Shown here: positions 1 through 9,316 of the stretch, one piece after another | Position numbering within the stretch: the stretch's first letter is position 1 | How the letters are laid out: every line of letters begins with the position of its first letter | Origin: Candidatus Zixiibacteriota bacterium | GTDB taxonomy: Bacteria > Zixibacteria > MSB-5A5 > CAIYYT01 | Length of the DNA stretch: 38,574 bases | Reading direction: 5' to 3' | Assembly: GCA_040235515.1 (NCBI GenBank) | Contig: JBECKX010000210.1 | Location: 1 to 38,574, forward strand | Program-made: the position numbers and the translations under genes | The notes under the pieces: model-generated | Seen by the model: the letters and a program-made list of their open reading frames with translations, nothing else | The model's database searches: none | What the model was told of the DNA's origin: nothing

Positions 1-33
1 CCCCAGGAGGGATTGACACACAGTGCCATAAAC

Positions 34-1062
34 CTAACCCACTACAATTGGTTGCGGCTGGCCGTTCTCCGGTTGTAGAATCTCGCGTTGCTTGGCGGGG
101 GTGGCGTCACGATTCCACTTTACCAACCGGATGTTGCCATTCTCGATCTCCAGTGAAGTAATTCCATCAGTGTAAAGAGCACAGCCGGAGTTGTAGTACC
201 ACGGCTCCGGATCCTTGGTCGAACCCGCCGGACTGATCTTGCGGTTCTTGGCCTCTTCCACACGGTAGATGGTCCACAATTCCTCAAGCTGCTTGAGTAA
301 CGCTTTCCTGTCCGCTTTGGATCCGGAATGACGCTGAATCTCCCGTTGCATATTCCTGATTTTGATTTTCAGCCTGTCGGTGTACGACATCGAAGCGAAG
401 ATTGCGCGATGCGAATGGCCACACACCACCACCGCATTGTTCGCGGCGCCCCATTCGTGGAAGATTCGTTCATAATTGCCGGCAATCTGAGATTTGGTAG
501 CGGAGGTGTGTTTGTCGAGCTTGATTATCGGTTCGACATACCTGTAAACTCGTACGACAAAGCGGCTGAACCAGGTGTTCTTGTCCGACTCGGTACTGCC
601 CTGGTGGCCATGCACAAGCAAGACCCTGGCTTTGCCATTAGCATCCACAAGTTTGACTGCTTCCGGGCACGACTTGTATGCCTCAGTAGTTGCGGGGTCG
701 AGTAAGGCGCCCCACTCCGAATCGTGGTTGCCGAACAATCTGAGGATACGGTTGGGCGCAAATGCCTGCATTGCCCTGTAAGCGGAGTTCGCATACTGAG
801 CGCGAATATCCTTAAGGTCGAACTGCCAGAACTCCTCGACATCCCCCAGGAGGATCAGTTTATAGCCCTCTCTCAAGTAATAGCCAAGTGCACTGACAGT
901 GACTTTCGCATTTTGGCGGAAGTCGTCAGCCTTTTTGCCATCCCCCATGTGAAGGTCACTCAGGATGACATACTTCGAGTTTTTGATTGGCAACTCAAGT
1001 ACCGAGTTGTCGTTCCACAACTGATCAAGACGTTTGTGGGTAGCTTTGCGGTCCTGCCCCAT
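34..1062 (-). CDS. Calcineurin-like metallophosphoesterase (LpxH-like superfamily)
   Basis: Motifs SDLH, LLGDVEE, FGNHD, VHGH, CGHSH, YYNSG; AGGAGG RBS upstream of ATG. Confidence 0.85.
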   Translation of the reverse strand: MGQDRKATHKRLDQLWNDNSVLELPIKNSKYVILSDLHMGDGKKADDFRQNAKVTVSALGYYLREGYKLILLGDVEEFWQFDLKDIRAQYANSAYRAMQAFAPNRILRLFGNHDSEWGALLDPATTEAYKSCPEAVKLVDANGKARVLLVHGHQGSTESDKNTWFSRFVVRVYRYVEPIIKLDKHTSATKSQIAGNYERIFHEWGAANNAVVVCGHSHRAIFASMSYTDRLKIKIRNMQREIQRHSGSKADRKALLKQLEELWTIYRVEEAKNRKISPAGSTKDPEPWYYNSGCALYTDGITSLEIENGNIRLVKWNRDATPAKQREILQPENGQPQPIVVG

Positions 1063-1131
1063 GTTAGCCTCCTTTGGGTAGGGTGTCGGATCTTTGCGAG
1101 TGATGATGAGATTTGCTTAACAGCGAGTGAT

Positions 1132-1169
1132 TACATTCGAATGTACCGCATGAATCGATGCGATGTCAA
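1132..1169 (-). promoter_or_regulatory. Sigma70-like promoter (TTGACA-18-TACATT) with perfect palindrome TACATTCGAATGTA over the -10
   Basis: tgtcaa at 1164-1169, aatgta at 1140-1145, palindrome 1132-1145, upstream of the phosphoesterase. Confidence 0.5.
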
Positions 1170-1250
1170 GTGGAAATGGCGTGCGCTGAAGTGTCACACT
1201 GCAGGGGCGCTTGCGGGTCCGAGCCGTGGGAGCCAGACCGAATCACTCAC

Positions 1251-2216
1251 TTACTCTACCGCGAGCTTAAGTCGCCTGGCCAATGGGTGGGCGCGCTCAT
1301 TAACACCAATCGGTTTGACGTTGCGGATATCGTGGGCGAGCGCAACTGAGGGGCGGGCATCCTCCAGACTGAAACCGCGGCCAGCCAGTGTCTCCTGATA
1401 GACGACGGTATGGAGATCGGTGAAACCGCCGGAGAATTCGATCTCGCTGCCATCAACTGTGATCGAGCGAAAAGTGGGATGACCCAGTTTTGCAGTATCC
1501 TGCGGTAAGTCATCGCGCTCGATCGAAAGAAACCAGCGCACGTTGGCGTTCTTCAGCTCCACAAAACCGCAGGCCCTGCGTGGTGAGGAGTGGTGGACTT
1601 CGCTATGCTCAACTCCGCCATAAAGCCAGATCAGCAAGTCGAAGAAGTGAATCCCGATATTGGTGGCAAGACCACCGGAGCGTTCGGTTTGCCCCTTCCA
1701 CGACACCAGGTACCAGGCACCACGTGAAGTGATGTAGGTCAACTCGATCTCATGCTTCTTATCGTGCTTCTCGGCGTCAGCTTTCTTCTTCAATTCCAGC
1801 AGTGCCGGATGCACACGCAGTTGCAGCACCGTGAAGATCCGCTGCTTGTATTCTTCCTCCAGTTCCTGCAAAGCGTCGATGTTCCAGGGGTTGAGCACCA
1901 CCGGTTTCTCGCAGATGGCATCCGCGCCGATCCTCAGTGCAAAGCGTGCGTGGGCATCATGCAGGTAGTTGGGTGAACAGATCGAGACGTAGCTGACGCG
2001 ACGGTCATCCCCCTGGCGACGGAGCTTCTCGAGGTGGCGGTCGAAACGTTCGAATTCCGAAAAGAACTTGGCATCGGGAAAATAGCTGTCGATGATTCCA
2101 ACCGAGTCATTGGGATCTACTGCTGCGACCAGATTGTTACCGGTATCGCGTATTGCTTTCAAGTGTCGCGGCGCGACGAAGCCCGCAACCCCGGTTATGG
2201 CAAAGTTTTTTGACAA
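1251..2216 (-). CDS. wbpB: UDP-N-acetylglucosaminuronate 3-dehydrogenase, WbpB/WlbA-like (Gfo/Idh/MocA family)
   Basis: GVAGFVAPRH, SPNYLHDAH, ICEKP, TNIGIHFFD, EFSGGFTDLHT typical of WbpB/WlbA; TTG start with AGGAG RBS. Confidence 0.85.
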   Translation of the reverse strand: MSKNFAITGVAGFVAPRHLKAIRDTGNNLVAAVDPNDSVGIIDSYFPDAKFFSEFERFDRHLEKLRRQGDDRRVSYVSICSPNYLHDAHARFALRIGADAICEKPVVLNPWNIDALQELEEEYKQRIFTVLQLRVHPALLELKKKADAEKHDKKHEIELTYITSRGAWYLVSWKGQTERSGGLATNIGIHFFDLLIWLYGGVEHSEVHHSSPRRACGFVELKNANVRWFLSIERDDLPQDTAKLGHPTFRSITVDGSEIEFSGGFTDLHTVVYQETLAGRGFSLEDARPSVALAHDIRNVKPIGVNERAHPLARRLKLAVE

Positions 2217-2241
2217 TTCAATTTACTCCTGAGCTGCAAGC

Positions 2242-3192
2242 CTATTCCATGCCGATGCGTGAGCCGAAGTTTTGTTCGCGGGGATCGAGTTCCCGTGAGA
2301 GTGCTACGGCATCGACAAACCGGTACGGCAGACGGTCAAAATCAACAGCGGTGGACTCCCCCGCTTCACTGAACTGAATGACGGAATCATCCAATCCATG
2401 CCGCACGAATCTATCGGCAATCAATTTACGAAAACTCTTGTTCACTTCAATACCGATTCCGCGGCGCTGCTCTTCCTCGGCGGCCACGATCGTCGTGCCG
2501 CTGCCGGCAAACGGATCGAGGACCGTCTCGCCGACAAAGCTGAACATCCTGATCAGACGGCGCGGCAATTCTACCGGAAACATGGCAATGTGGCCATTCT
2601 GTTTCTCGCCGGGGAAATTCCAGTGCCCGTAGAAGTACTCGTTCCACTGCTCGGTTGTGAGCCGGGAGGCTTCCTTGATTTCCTTCTTCACACGTGGCGC
2701 CTTGCCCTGTTTGCGAAAGAGGAGGATGAACTCATAGTCGATCTTGACGATTCCGTTGCGCGGATACGGGAATGAGCCCATGATCGTTGCTCCACCGGTA
2801 GTATTACAGGTGGTCACCTTCTGCCAGATGATCGAGCCCATGAAATCGAACCCGATCGTTTCACAGAAGCGGATGATCTCGGTACGAATCGGAATCACCT
2901 TGTAGCGACCATAGTAAACGGAGCGGGCAAACTGGTCACCGATATTGATGCAGAGCCGACAACCATCCTCGAGCACGCGGTAGCACTCCTGCCAGACCAG
3001 GTTCAGGTTGTTGATATAGTCCTGATAGCTGTCATCGAAGCCGATCTGGCCTTCGTCGCCGTAATCCTTCAACTGCCAGTATGGAGGGGATGTCACAACC
3101 AGATGTACGCCTTTATCCTTGATCATCGACATATCGCGGGCATCGGCAAACACAAGTTGGTGTTTTTTCTCTATTTTCCGTCTGGATGCCAT
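2242..3192 (-). CDS. Site-specific DNA methyltransferase, beta class (probably N4-cytosine)
   Basis: VTSPPY (motif IV) precedes VLDPFAGSGTT (motif I); HIAMFP; ATG at 3192 overlaps the rodA stop (TGATG). Confidence 0.88.
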   Translation of the reverse strand: MASRRKIEKKHQLVFADARDMSMIKDKGVHLVVTSPPYWQLKDYGDEGQIGFDDSYQDYINNLNLVWQECYRVLEDGCRLCINIGDQFARSVYYGRYKVIPIRTEIIRFCETIGFDFMGSIIWQKVTTCNTTGGATIMGSFPYPRNGIVKIDYEFILLFRKQGKAPRVKKEIKEASRLTTEQWNEYFYGHWNFPGEKQNGHIAMFPVELPRRLIRMFSFVGETVLDPFAGSGTTIVAAEEEQRRGIGIEVNKSFRKLIADRFVRHGLDDSVIQFSEAGESTAVDFDRLPYRFVDAVALSRELDPREQNFGSRIGME

Positions 3193-4427
3193 CAGTATTC
3201 CTGCCAGTTTCTTTCGGTATTGGCGATCAGTCCGGCCAGCACCCAGCATGCAAGCATCGACGATCCCCCGTAGCTGACAAAGGGGAGCGGCACGCCTGTG
3301 ACCGGCAACAGCCCCAGCACCATGCCGATATTGACGAACATCTGGAAGGCGATGGCGGTGGTCGCACCGATCGCAACCAGCGAGGCGAAATCACTTCGCG
3401 TCCGTTGAGCCGACTGCAGGCCTTTGTAGATCAGAACGGCAAAAAGGATGACGATGATCATGGCGCCGAGCATGCCGAACTCCTCCGCGCCTACGGAGAA
3501 GATGAAGTCGGTATGTCGCAACGGGAGATAATCCAGCTTGTTCTGGCTCCCGGATAGGTAACCTTTTCCCAGCAATCCCCCTGAGCCGATCGCAACCTTC
3601 GACTGGATGATCTGGTAACCGGCGCCGAGTGGGTCCTGTCCCGGATCGAGAAAGATCTTGATTCTCATTTTCTGGTAGTCATGAAGCTGGTTCCAGGCGA
3701 TCGAACTGAGTGCCCCGACGACCAGGTTGACAGCCACCAGCAGGATCATAAACCGCATGGAACGTCTCAACAACAGCAACACCGCCACCAACAGCACGAC
3801 GAAGAAGATGATCCAGGAATAGACGCTTGATGATGCAATGACGCTGATTACGGGGGTAATCAACAGCAGCAGGTAGCGCGTCGGCATCCCGGCCCAGAAC
3901 ATCATCACGAGGAACATCACGACGAAGATCAACGCCGATCCCAGATCCGGTTGCCTTAAGACGAGCACGGAGATGAAGCCGCAGATCGCGCAGGCGATGA
4001 TGATCTTGCGCAGTGAGGAGATTGGTTTTCGATAGTAAGTCAGAAATCGCGCGAGGGTGAAGATAAATGCTATCTTCGCCAGTTCCGATGGCTGGACGCT
4101 AAAGAAGCCGAGTGAGTACCAGCGCTGGCCGCCGAACTTGGAACTGCCGAAGAAGATCAAGCCGAGCAACAGCGCGCAGGCTCCGATGTAGTAGACGTAG
4201 GCGAACACCTCATGCACGCGCATGGGGACAAGCGCAACGGCAAAGAAGATACCGATGCCACCGAACAGCCAGATGGTTTGCTTGATGAAGTCATCCTGCA
4301 GTCGCGGGTCGGGGCTGAGATGATTCGCCGAGTAGATCAGAAAGATCGAGATCAGCGAGAGCAGCCCCGCGGCGATGAAGGTGGTCCAGCCACCGGGGAT
4401 AAATATGTCACTCGATTGACGTTTCAT
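3192..4427 (-). CDS. rodA: Rod shape-determining SEDS protein RodA
   Basis: QPSELAK, QPDLGSA, GYQIIQS, HTDFIFS, GVPLPFVSYGGSS; follows PBP2; start placed at ATG 4427. Confidence 0.95.
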   Translation of the reverse strand: MKRQSSDIFIPGGWTTFIAAGLLSLISIFLIYSANHLSPDPRLQDDFIKQTIWLFGGIGIFFAVALVPMRVHEVFAYVYYIGACALLLGLIFFGSSKFGGQRWYSLGFFSVQPSELAKIAFIFTLARFLTYYRKPISSLRKIIIACAICGFISVLVLRQPDLGSALIFVVMFLVMMFWAGMPTRYLLLLITPVISVIASSSVYSWIIFFVVLLVAVLLLLRRSMRFMILLVAVNLVVGALSSIAWNQLHDYQKMRIKIFLDPGQDPLGAGYQIIQSKVAIGSGGLLGKGYLSGSQNKLDYLPLRHTDFIFSVGAEEFGMLGAMIIVILFAVLIYKGLQSAQRTRSDFASLVAIGATTAIAFQMFVNIGMVLGLLPVTGVPLPFVSYGGSSMLACWVLAGLIANTERNWQEY

Positions 4428-6255
4428 CCTGCTCCATTGGCTCCTGGAATTGCGCCACATCCTCCATCGGCTTCGGCAGTGCCGGTGCGAGATAGCCGTT
4501 CTTTTGCAGGTGGCGAATGAACACTTTCTTTACTATCGGCGCTGCGGCGGTGCTACCGTGGCCAGCAAGTTCTGCCAGCACAACGCCGACGATAATCGGG
4601 TTTTCTGCTGGAGCGTAACCGGCGAACCAGGCATGCTCATTTCCGTGCGGATTTTGTGCTGTGCCGGTCTTCCCGCCCATCTTGATTCCCCCCGGCAGTT
4701 TCGATCCGCTGGCGGTTCCGCTTGTCCCATGCACAACCATAAGTGCGGCATCACGCAAGACCTGCAGCGTTTCTTTCTTGAATGGGAGTGTGCGTCTTAC
4801 CTCTGGATGGGTCCAGACGGTATCTCCACCGGGCGGAATTGAATAGCGAATGAGGTGTGGTTTGTACTCGACTCCATCGTTGACGATTCCGCAGTAGAAT
4901 TGGGCCAGCGCCAGGGGTGTCGTCAGGAATTCCCCCTGACCGATTGCCAGGTTGAGCAACACGGCCTTGGTCCAACCATACTTTCCGTAGGTCTTCATGT
5001 ACCACGCTTCATCGGGGACGTGGCCGGCCTTCTCGGCGGGCAAGTCGATCCCGGTGAGTTCGTCGAAGCCGCAGCGGTGGGCGTACTCCTTGAAGTTGCT
5101 GAGCCCCAGCTTGAGCCCAACCTGATAGAAATAGGTATCGCAAGATTGCTCGATTGCCTGGTAGAGGTTAACATCACCATGCCCGGAGCGTTTATGGCAG
5201 CGGAAGAAGCGATTGCCGAATTGAAAGCCCCCGTAGCAAGGTTTCAGCCTCGTTTGTGGCGTGATGATACCCGCCTCAAGCGCAGCCCCGGCTGTGAGCA
5301 GCTTTGAAGTGGAACCGGGGGGGTAGGTCCCCCTGATGGTTCGATCGAAGAGAGGGCGCCGCTCATCGTTGATCAGTCGCTTATAGTCATCTGCCGGCAC
5401 AAAACCGGAAAAGAGGTTGGCGTCATAGTCTGGTTGCGATACGAGCGCCAGTATCTCGCCGTTGCGCGGGTCCATGAAGACGGCGGCTCCGGCGAGGGTA
5501 TCGCCGAAGAGAGAATCCACCAGCAACTGCAAGTCCAGATCGATAGCGAGACCGAGTTCATCGCCCGGCAGCGGCTCCCTGTTTGGCTTATCCTCGAGAA
5601 AGCCGATGATCCGGCCGGTCGCAGCGACTTCGTAGTAGTCGATCCCATCCAGCCCGCGCAATTGTTGATCATATTGCTTCTCGATACCTGCACGACCGAT
5701 CATTGATCCGAGTCTATACTGCGCCTTGGTTTCAGCCTCGTCGACTTCACCGGTATAACCGAGCAGATGCGCACCGACATTATCGTATGGATAGAAGCGA
5801 GCATGATTGAGCTGGTAGATTACGCCCGGAAACAGCTCATTAGATTCTTCAATGACGCAGACCGCCGGGAACGCCAGATCCTGCCTGATCGGAATCGGTT
5901 CATATTTCCGAAAACGCCGCTCCTTGACCTTCTGAACGATGCGGTCATCCTCCATCTGGAGCAGCGGCGACAACTGATCAGCCAGGAGTGGGAGATTGTT
6001 GGCCTCGGAGGGAATGATCGAAACGGTGTACGCCGGCCGATCAGACGCGAGCAGACGACCGAAGCGGTCAACGATCTTTCCACGCATGGCCGTCTTGGGG
6101 AGGATACGGATTCTATTCTCCTCAGAGATCTGCGTGTAGTAGTCGAAGGAGAACACCTGGAGGTGTATCAGCTTGCCGACCAACAGCAAAAAGATCGCGG
6201 CGAGCGCGATGGTCAGGAATCGCGTACGGGATGTTTTCGATGCAAGTTCTGCCAA
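4408..6255 (-). CDS. mrdA: Penicillin-binding protein 2
   Basis: RGKIVDR, YPPGSTSK (SxxK), SCD (SxN variant), KTGTAQ, N-terminal TM; between mreD and rodA. Confidence 0.95.
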   Translation of the reverse strand: MAELASKTSRTRFLTIALAAIFLLLVGKLIHLQVFSFDYYTQISEENRIRILPKTAMRGKIVDRFGRLLASDRPAYTVSIIPSEANNLPLLADQLSPLLQMEDDRIVQKVKERRFRKYEPIPIRQDLAFPAVCVIEESNELFPGVIYQLNHARFYPYDNVGAHLLGYTGEVDEAETKAQYRLGSMIGRAGIEKQYDQQLRGLDGIDYYEVAATGRIIGFLEDKPNREPLPGDELGLAIDLDLQLLVDSLFGDTLAGAAVFMDPRNGEILALVSQPDYDANLFSGFVPADDYKRLINDERRPLFDRTIRGTYPPGSTSKLLTAGAALEAGIITPQTRLKPCYGGFQFGNRFFRCHKRSGHGDVNLYQAIEQSCDTYFYQVGLKLGLSNFKEYAHRCGFDELTGIDLPAEKAGHVPDEAWYMKTYGKYGWTKAVLLNLAIGQGEFLTTPLALAQFYCGIVNDGVEYKPHLIRYSIPPGGDTVWTHPEVRRTLPFKKETLQVLRDAALMVVHGTSGTASGSKLPGGIKMGGKTGTAQNPHGNEHAWFAGYAPAENPIIVGVVLAELAGHGSTAAAPIVKKVFIRHLQKNGYLAPALPKPMEDVAQFQEPMEQDETSIE

Positions 6256-6343
6256 CTCTTACCTGCCAAACCAATCATGATCGCCAACGTTGCCTCGATT
6301 GAACTGACGTTGGACGGACGATCTCTCCCGGTAATTCGAGATC

Positions 6344-6847
6344 TCAGGTGATCTTTCGTTTCGTGATCTCCAGCTTGTACTCGAGATCGAGAAGGAACAT
6401 CGCGGCGAAGCCCACTATTGTTGTATACACCAAAGTGGGCAGGGAAACTTCCCAGTATATCTGCCCCACAGTAGAAATATCGAACTTATTGGCTACGAGT
6501 TGATAGAGAAGCTGATGGACGAACTCCGCACCGGCGATCAGGTACAGTCTGCTGAAGAGCTGTTCGATGTTGAGTGCACGGCGGAGCTGATACGCGGCGA
6601 CACCGATACCAAATCTGATGATCGTACCGATTCCCAGCAACTCCGGAGTCAGCGCATCGATGATAAGGGCACACATGAAGATCGCAGGGAGCGCGACCAG
6701 GTAATCTTTGCGCAGAGCGATCAACAGGATCACGATCAACCCGAAATCAGGCACAATTCCATGGATTGACGTGAGGTTGGCGAGGATCGTCTGCGAGAAC
6801 GCCACGAAGTAAGCCAGGACGATGAATTTGGCGACCCGTGCTGCCAT
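6344..6847 (-). CDS. mreD: Rod shape-determining protein MreD
   Basis: Hydrophobic 167 aa, GIVPDFGLI motif, between mreC and mrdA. Confidence 0.75.
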   Translation of the reverse strand: MAARVAKFIVLAYFVAFSQTILANLTSIHGIVPDFGLIVILLIALRKDYLVALPAIFMCALIIDALTPELLGIGTIIRFGIGVAAYQLRRALNIEQLFSRLYLIAGAEFVHQLLYQLVANKFDISTVGQIYWEVSLPTLVYTTIVGFAAMFLLDLEYKLEITKRKIT

Positions 6848-6849
6848 GA

Positions 6850-7644
6850 TTACGGTCCACCCTCCTCAACCGGTTCTAAGATAATCACATTATCGAGGGA
6901 TGAAAAGTCCACCGCCGGATCGACATTGATCTGTTTGAAGAAAGCCGAGCTCGGCGTCGTGATGCTCGTAATGGTACCCAGGATCAACCCTTCAGGAAAG
7001 ACTCCCCCCATCCCGGAAGAGATGATAGTGTCCCCAACGGCGACCTCCGCCTCGACGGCGACATCGTCAAAGATCAGCCCGCGGCCCGATTGCCATTTGA
7101 CTATCCCGAGGGAGCGCGTCTCTTTATCCCGTGCAGCCACGCGGCAGTTCGGACCGATGAGCAGCGAGACGTTGGCGATCTTACCGGTTGTGCTGGAGGT
7201 CTTGCCCACGATACCATTCTCGTCGACTACCGCGCGGAAACGGCGGATATCTTCATTGGCCTTGATCGTGACCGCCGAGTAGCGTCGGCCGGGATCATAC
7301 GCGACTACATCTGCGGCGATGTAGCGATACTGCTCGCCGGGGAGTACGTTGATCATAGCGCGGTAGCGCTCGTTTTCGATCAGGTCAGATTCATAGCCGA
7401 GGCGTTCGTAGCGAAGATGAACGACCTCTTTGCTGAGTTCGACGTTTTCCTGATAGACGTCGAGGAGCGAGTTCACTTTGTTGGAAAGCGCCCAGAAGGG
7501 AGAATAAAAGAGGTCCTGGAGTACGCGGGCAACAAACGTTTTCTCAGGGAGCAACAGCAATGACAGCAGCAGTGGGATGAGAAATCCCGAGATGATCAGT
7601 AATGCTTTTCTGTTCCGGTAAAGCCGATCGACAGACCATCTCAT
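6850..7644 (-). CDS. mreC: Rod shape-determining protein MreC
   Basis: TM, coiled coil (ENERYR), GIVGK, GDTIISSGMGGVFPEG, PAVDFSSL. Confidence 0.93.
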   Translation of the reverse strand: MRWSVDRLYRNRKALLIISGFLIPLLLSLLLLPEKTFVARVLQDLFYSPFWALSNKVNSLLDVYQENVELSKEVVHLRYERLGYESDLIENERYRAMINVLPGEQYRYIAADVVAYDPGRRYSAVTIKANEDIRRFRAVVDENGIVGKTSSTTGKIANVSLLIGPNCRVAARDKETRSLGIVKWQSGRGLIFDDVAVEAEVAVGDTIISSGMGGVFPEGLILGTITSITTPSSAFFKQINVDPAVDFSSLDNVIILEPVEEGGP

Positions 7645-7669
7645 TGACGTTCTTCAGACGTTTCAGACG

Positions 7670-8122
7670 CTATTCAATAGTGTCAAGGATTTGCAGTAGT
7701 TCTCCCGGGCTCTTGACCTGCATCAGCTTCTCGCGGTTCTTCTCAGATTTCATCAGGTAAGAAAGATGCGCCATCACCTTGAGGTGCGCGCCGATGGCAT
7801 CCTCAGGTGCGGCGATCAGGAAGAACAGGTTCACCGGCTGTTTATCCATCGCTTCAAAATCGATCCCTTCGTCGGAACGACCAAAGGCGATCACGATGCC
7901 GCGTGTGGCTTTGGTTTTGGCGTGCGGGAACGCAACACCGTAGCCCACTCCGGTGGTAACCAGGTTTTCGCGGGTGATGATATCTTTCAGAAGCTGATCT
8001 TTATCTTTTACAAGTTTCGACTGCGCGGCAAGTTCGACGAGCTCTTCGATTACGTCGTTTTTCGATTTTGCCTCGATATCGAATTTTATCAGATGCTCTT
8101 CACAAAACTTTGACAGTTTCAT
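7670..8122 (-). CDS. PTS EIIA domain protein (PtsN/fructose-mannitol family)
   Basis: RE..TTGVGYGVAFPHAK with phospho-His; GIDFEAMDKQPV; HLKVMAHLS. Confidence 0.9.
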   Translation of the reverse strand: MKLSKFCEEHLIKFDIEAKSKNDVIEELVELAAQSKLVKDKDQLLKDIITRENLVTTGVGYGVAFPHAKTKATRGIVIAFGRSDEGIDFEAMDKQPVNLFFLIAAPEDAIGAHLKVMAHLSYLMKSEKNREKLMQVKSPGELLQILDTIE

Positions 8123-8150
8123 CGATTCGCGGGCTCCTTCCTAAATCTCT

Positions 8151-8363
8151 TCAAAATGGCCGCGCTTCTTCTTCCAGCATCACAGGAATGCCCTCATCAA
8201 TACGGTAGCGCAAGCGGCATTTCATACAATCAAGCGAATCTGTCTCGTCGTTGTAGGCTACGCTTTGTTTGCACTTGGGGCAAGCGAGAATTTCAAGTAG
8301 ATCGGGGCTGAGCCCGCTTTTTTTCTTACTCGATTCTGAAGTCGAATTTGAATCAGATTTCAT
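8151..8363 (-). CDS. Trm112-like (YcaR/UPF0434) protein
   Basis: LLEILACPKCK...LDC..CRLRYRIDEGIPVMLEEEAR; start at ATG 8363 or GTG 8372. Confidence 0.88.
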   Translation of the reverse strand: MKSDSNSTSESSKKKSGLSPDLLEILACPKCKQSVAYNDETDSLDCMKCRLRYRIDEGIPVMLEEEARPF

Positions 8364-9315
8364 CGTACACACCTATGGTTCGGAACTTGTCTAGCCGGCG
8401 TCGGAGGAGGTCCTCTCTGGAGAGTTCTCCCAATTCATCGAGGGACGCCGCCAATTCTGCCTTAACGATATTCGCCGCCAACTGATGGTTACGGTGAGCG
8501 CCGCCGCTGGGTTCCGGCAGGATCTTGTCGATTACCCGAAGTTCCAACAGGTCAGTTGCCGAAAGTTTGAGAGCCTCGGCGGCATCCGGCGCTTTGGCGT
8601 TGTCACGCCAGAGAATGGCCGCACAACCCTCGGGTGAGATCACTGAGTACCAGGAATTTTCCAGCATCAGGATCTTGTCCCCGATACCAATACCGAGCGC
8701 ACCGCCAGAAGCGCCCTCACCAATGATCACCAGCACGATCGGCACCGGAAGATTGAACATCTCAAGAATATTGCGGGCGATTGCTTCCGCCTGACCGCGT
8801 TCTTCCGCCCCGACACCGGGATATGCCCCGGGGGTGTCAATGAAGACAATAATCGGGCGTTCGAAGCGAGCGGCGGTACGCATGATCCGGAGAGCCTTGC
8901 GGTAGCCTTCCGGGTGCATCATCCCGAAGTTGCGCTCCAGCTTGGCTTTGGTATCGCGCCCCTTCTGCTGACCGATGATACATACTTTGCGGCCATCCAG
9001 CTTGCCGAAGCCGCATACGGCAGCTTTGTCATCGCCAAAACCGCGATCGCCGTGTAGCTCCACGAAATCGGTGAAGATATGGCCGATATAGTCAAGGGTG
9101 TAGGGGCGTTTCGGATGACGGGCAAGCTGCACCCGCTGCCAGCGAGAAAGCTTGGAGAAGATATCTGTCTGCAATTTCTCCAGTTTTCGCTCGAGCGAGA
9201 CAATCTCCGAGGATAATTCGACTCCTCCACCAGAGGAGAATTCCTTCATTTCCCGGATTTTCTTTTCCAATTCGAGAATAGGCTTCTCGAATTCCAGATA
9301 GCCGCCTGCTGCCAT
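8353..9315 (-). CDS. accA: Acetyl-CoA carboxylase carboxyltransferase subunit alpha
   Basis: YLEFEKPI, ARHPKRP, RNFGM, PEGYRKA, DTPGAYPG, GEGASGGALG, YSVISPEGCA; ATG at 9315. Confidence 0.97.
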   Translation of the reverse strand: MAAGGYLEFEKPILELEKKIREMKEFSSGGGVELSSEIVSLERKLEKLQTDIFSKLSRWQRVQLARHPKRPYTLDYIGHIFTDFVELHGDRGFGDDKAAVCGFGKLDGRKVCIIGQQKGRDTKAKLERNFGMMHPEGYRKALRIMRTAARFERPIIVFIDTPGAYPGVGAEERGQAEAIARNILEMFNLPVPIVLVIIGEGASGGALGIGIGDKILMLENSWYSVISPEGCAAILWRDNAKAPDAAEALKLSATDLLELRVIDKILPEPSGGAHRNHQLAANIVKAELAASLDELGELSREDLLRRRLDKFRTIGVYDEI

Positions 9316-9316
9316 G

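Noticed and set aside
2242..3192. Defence island or prophage around the methyltransferase or DinG
   Set aside because: Neighbours are housekeeping genes; no nuclease, cas, integrase or phage genes seen
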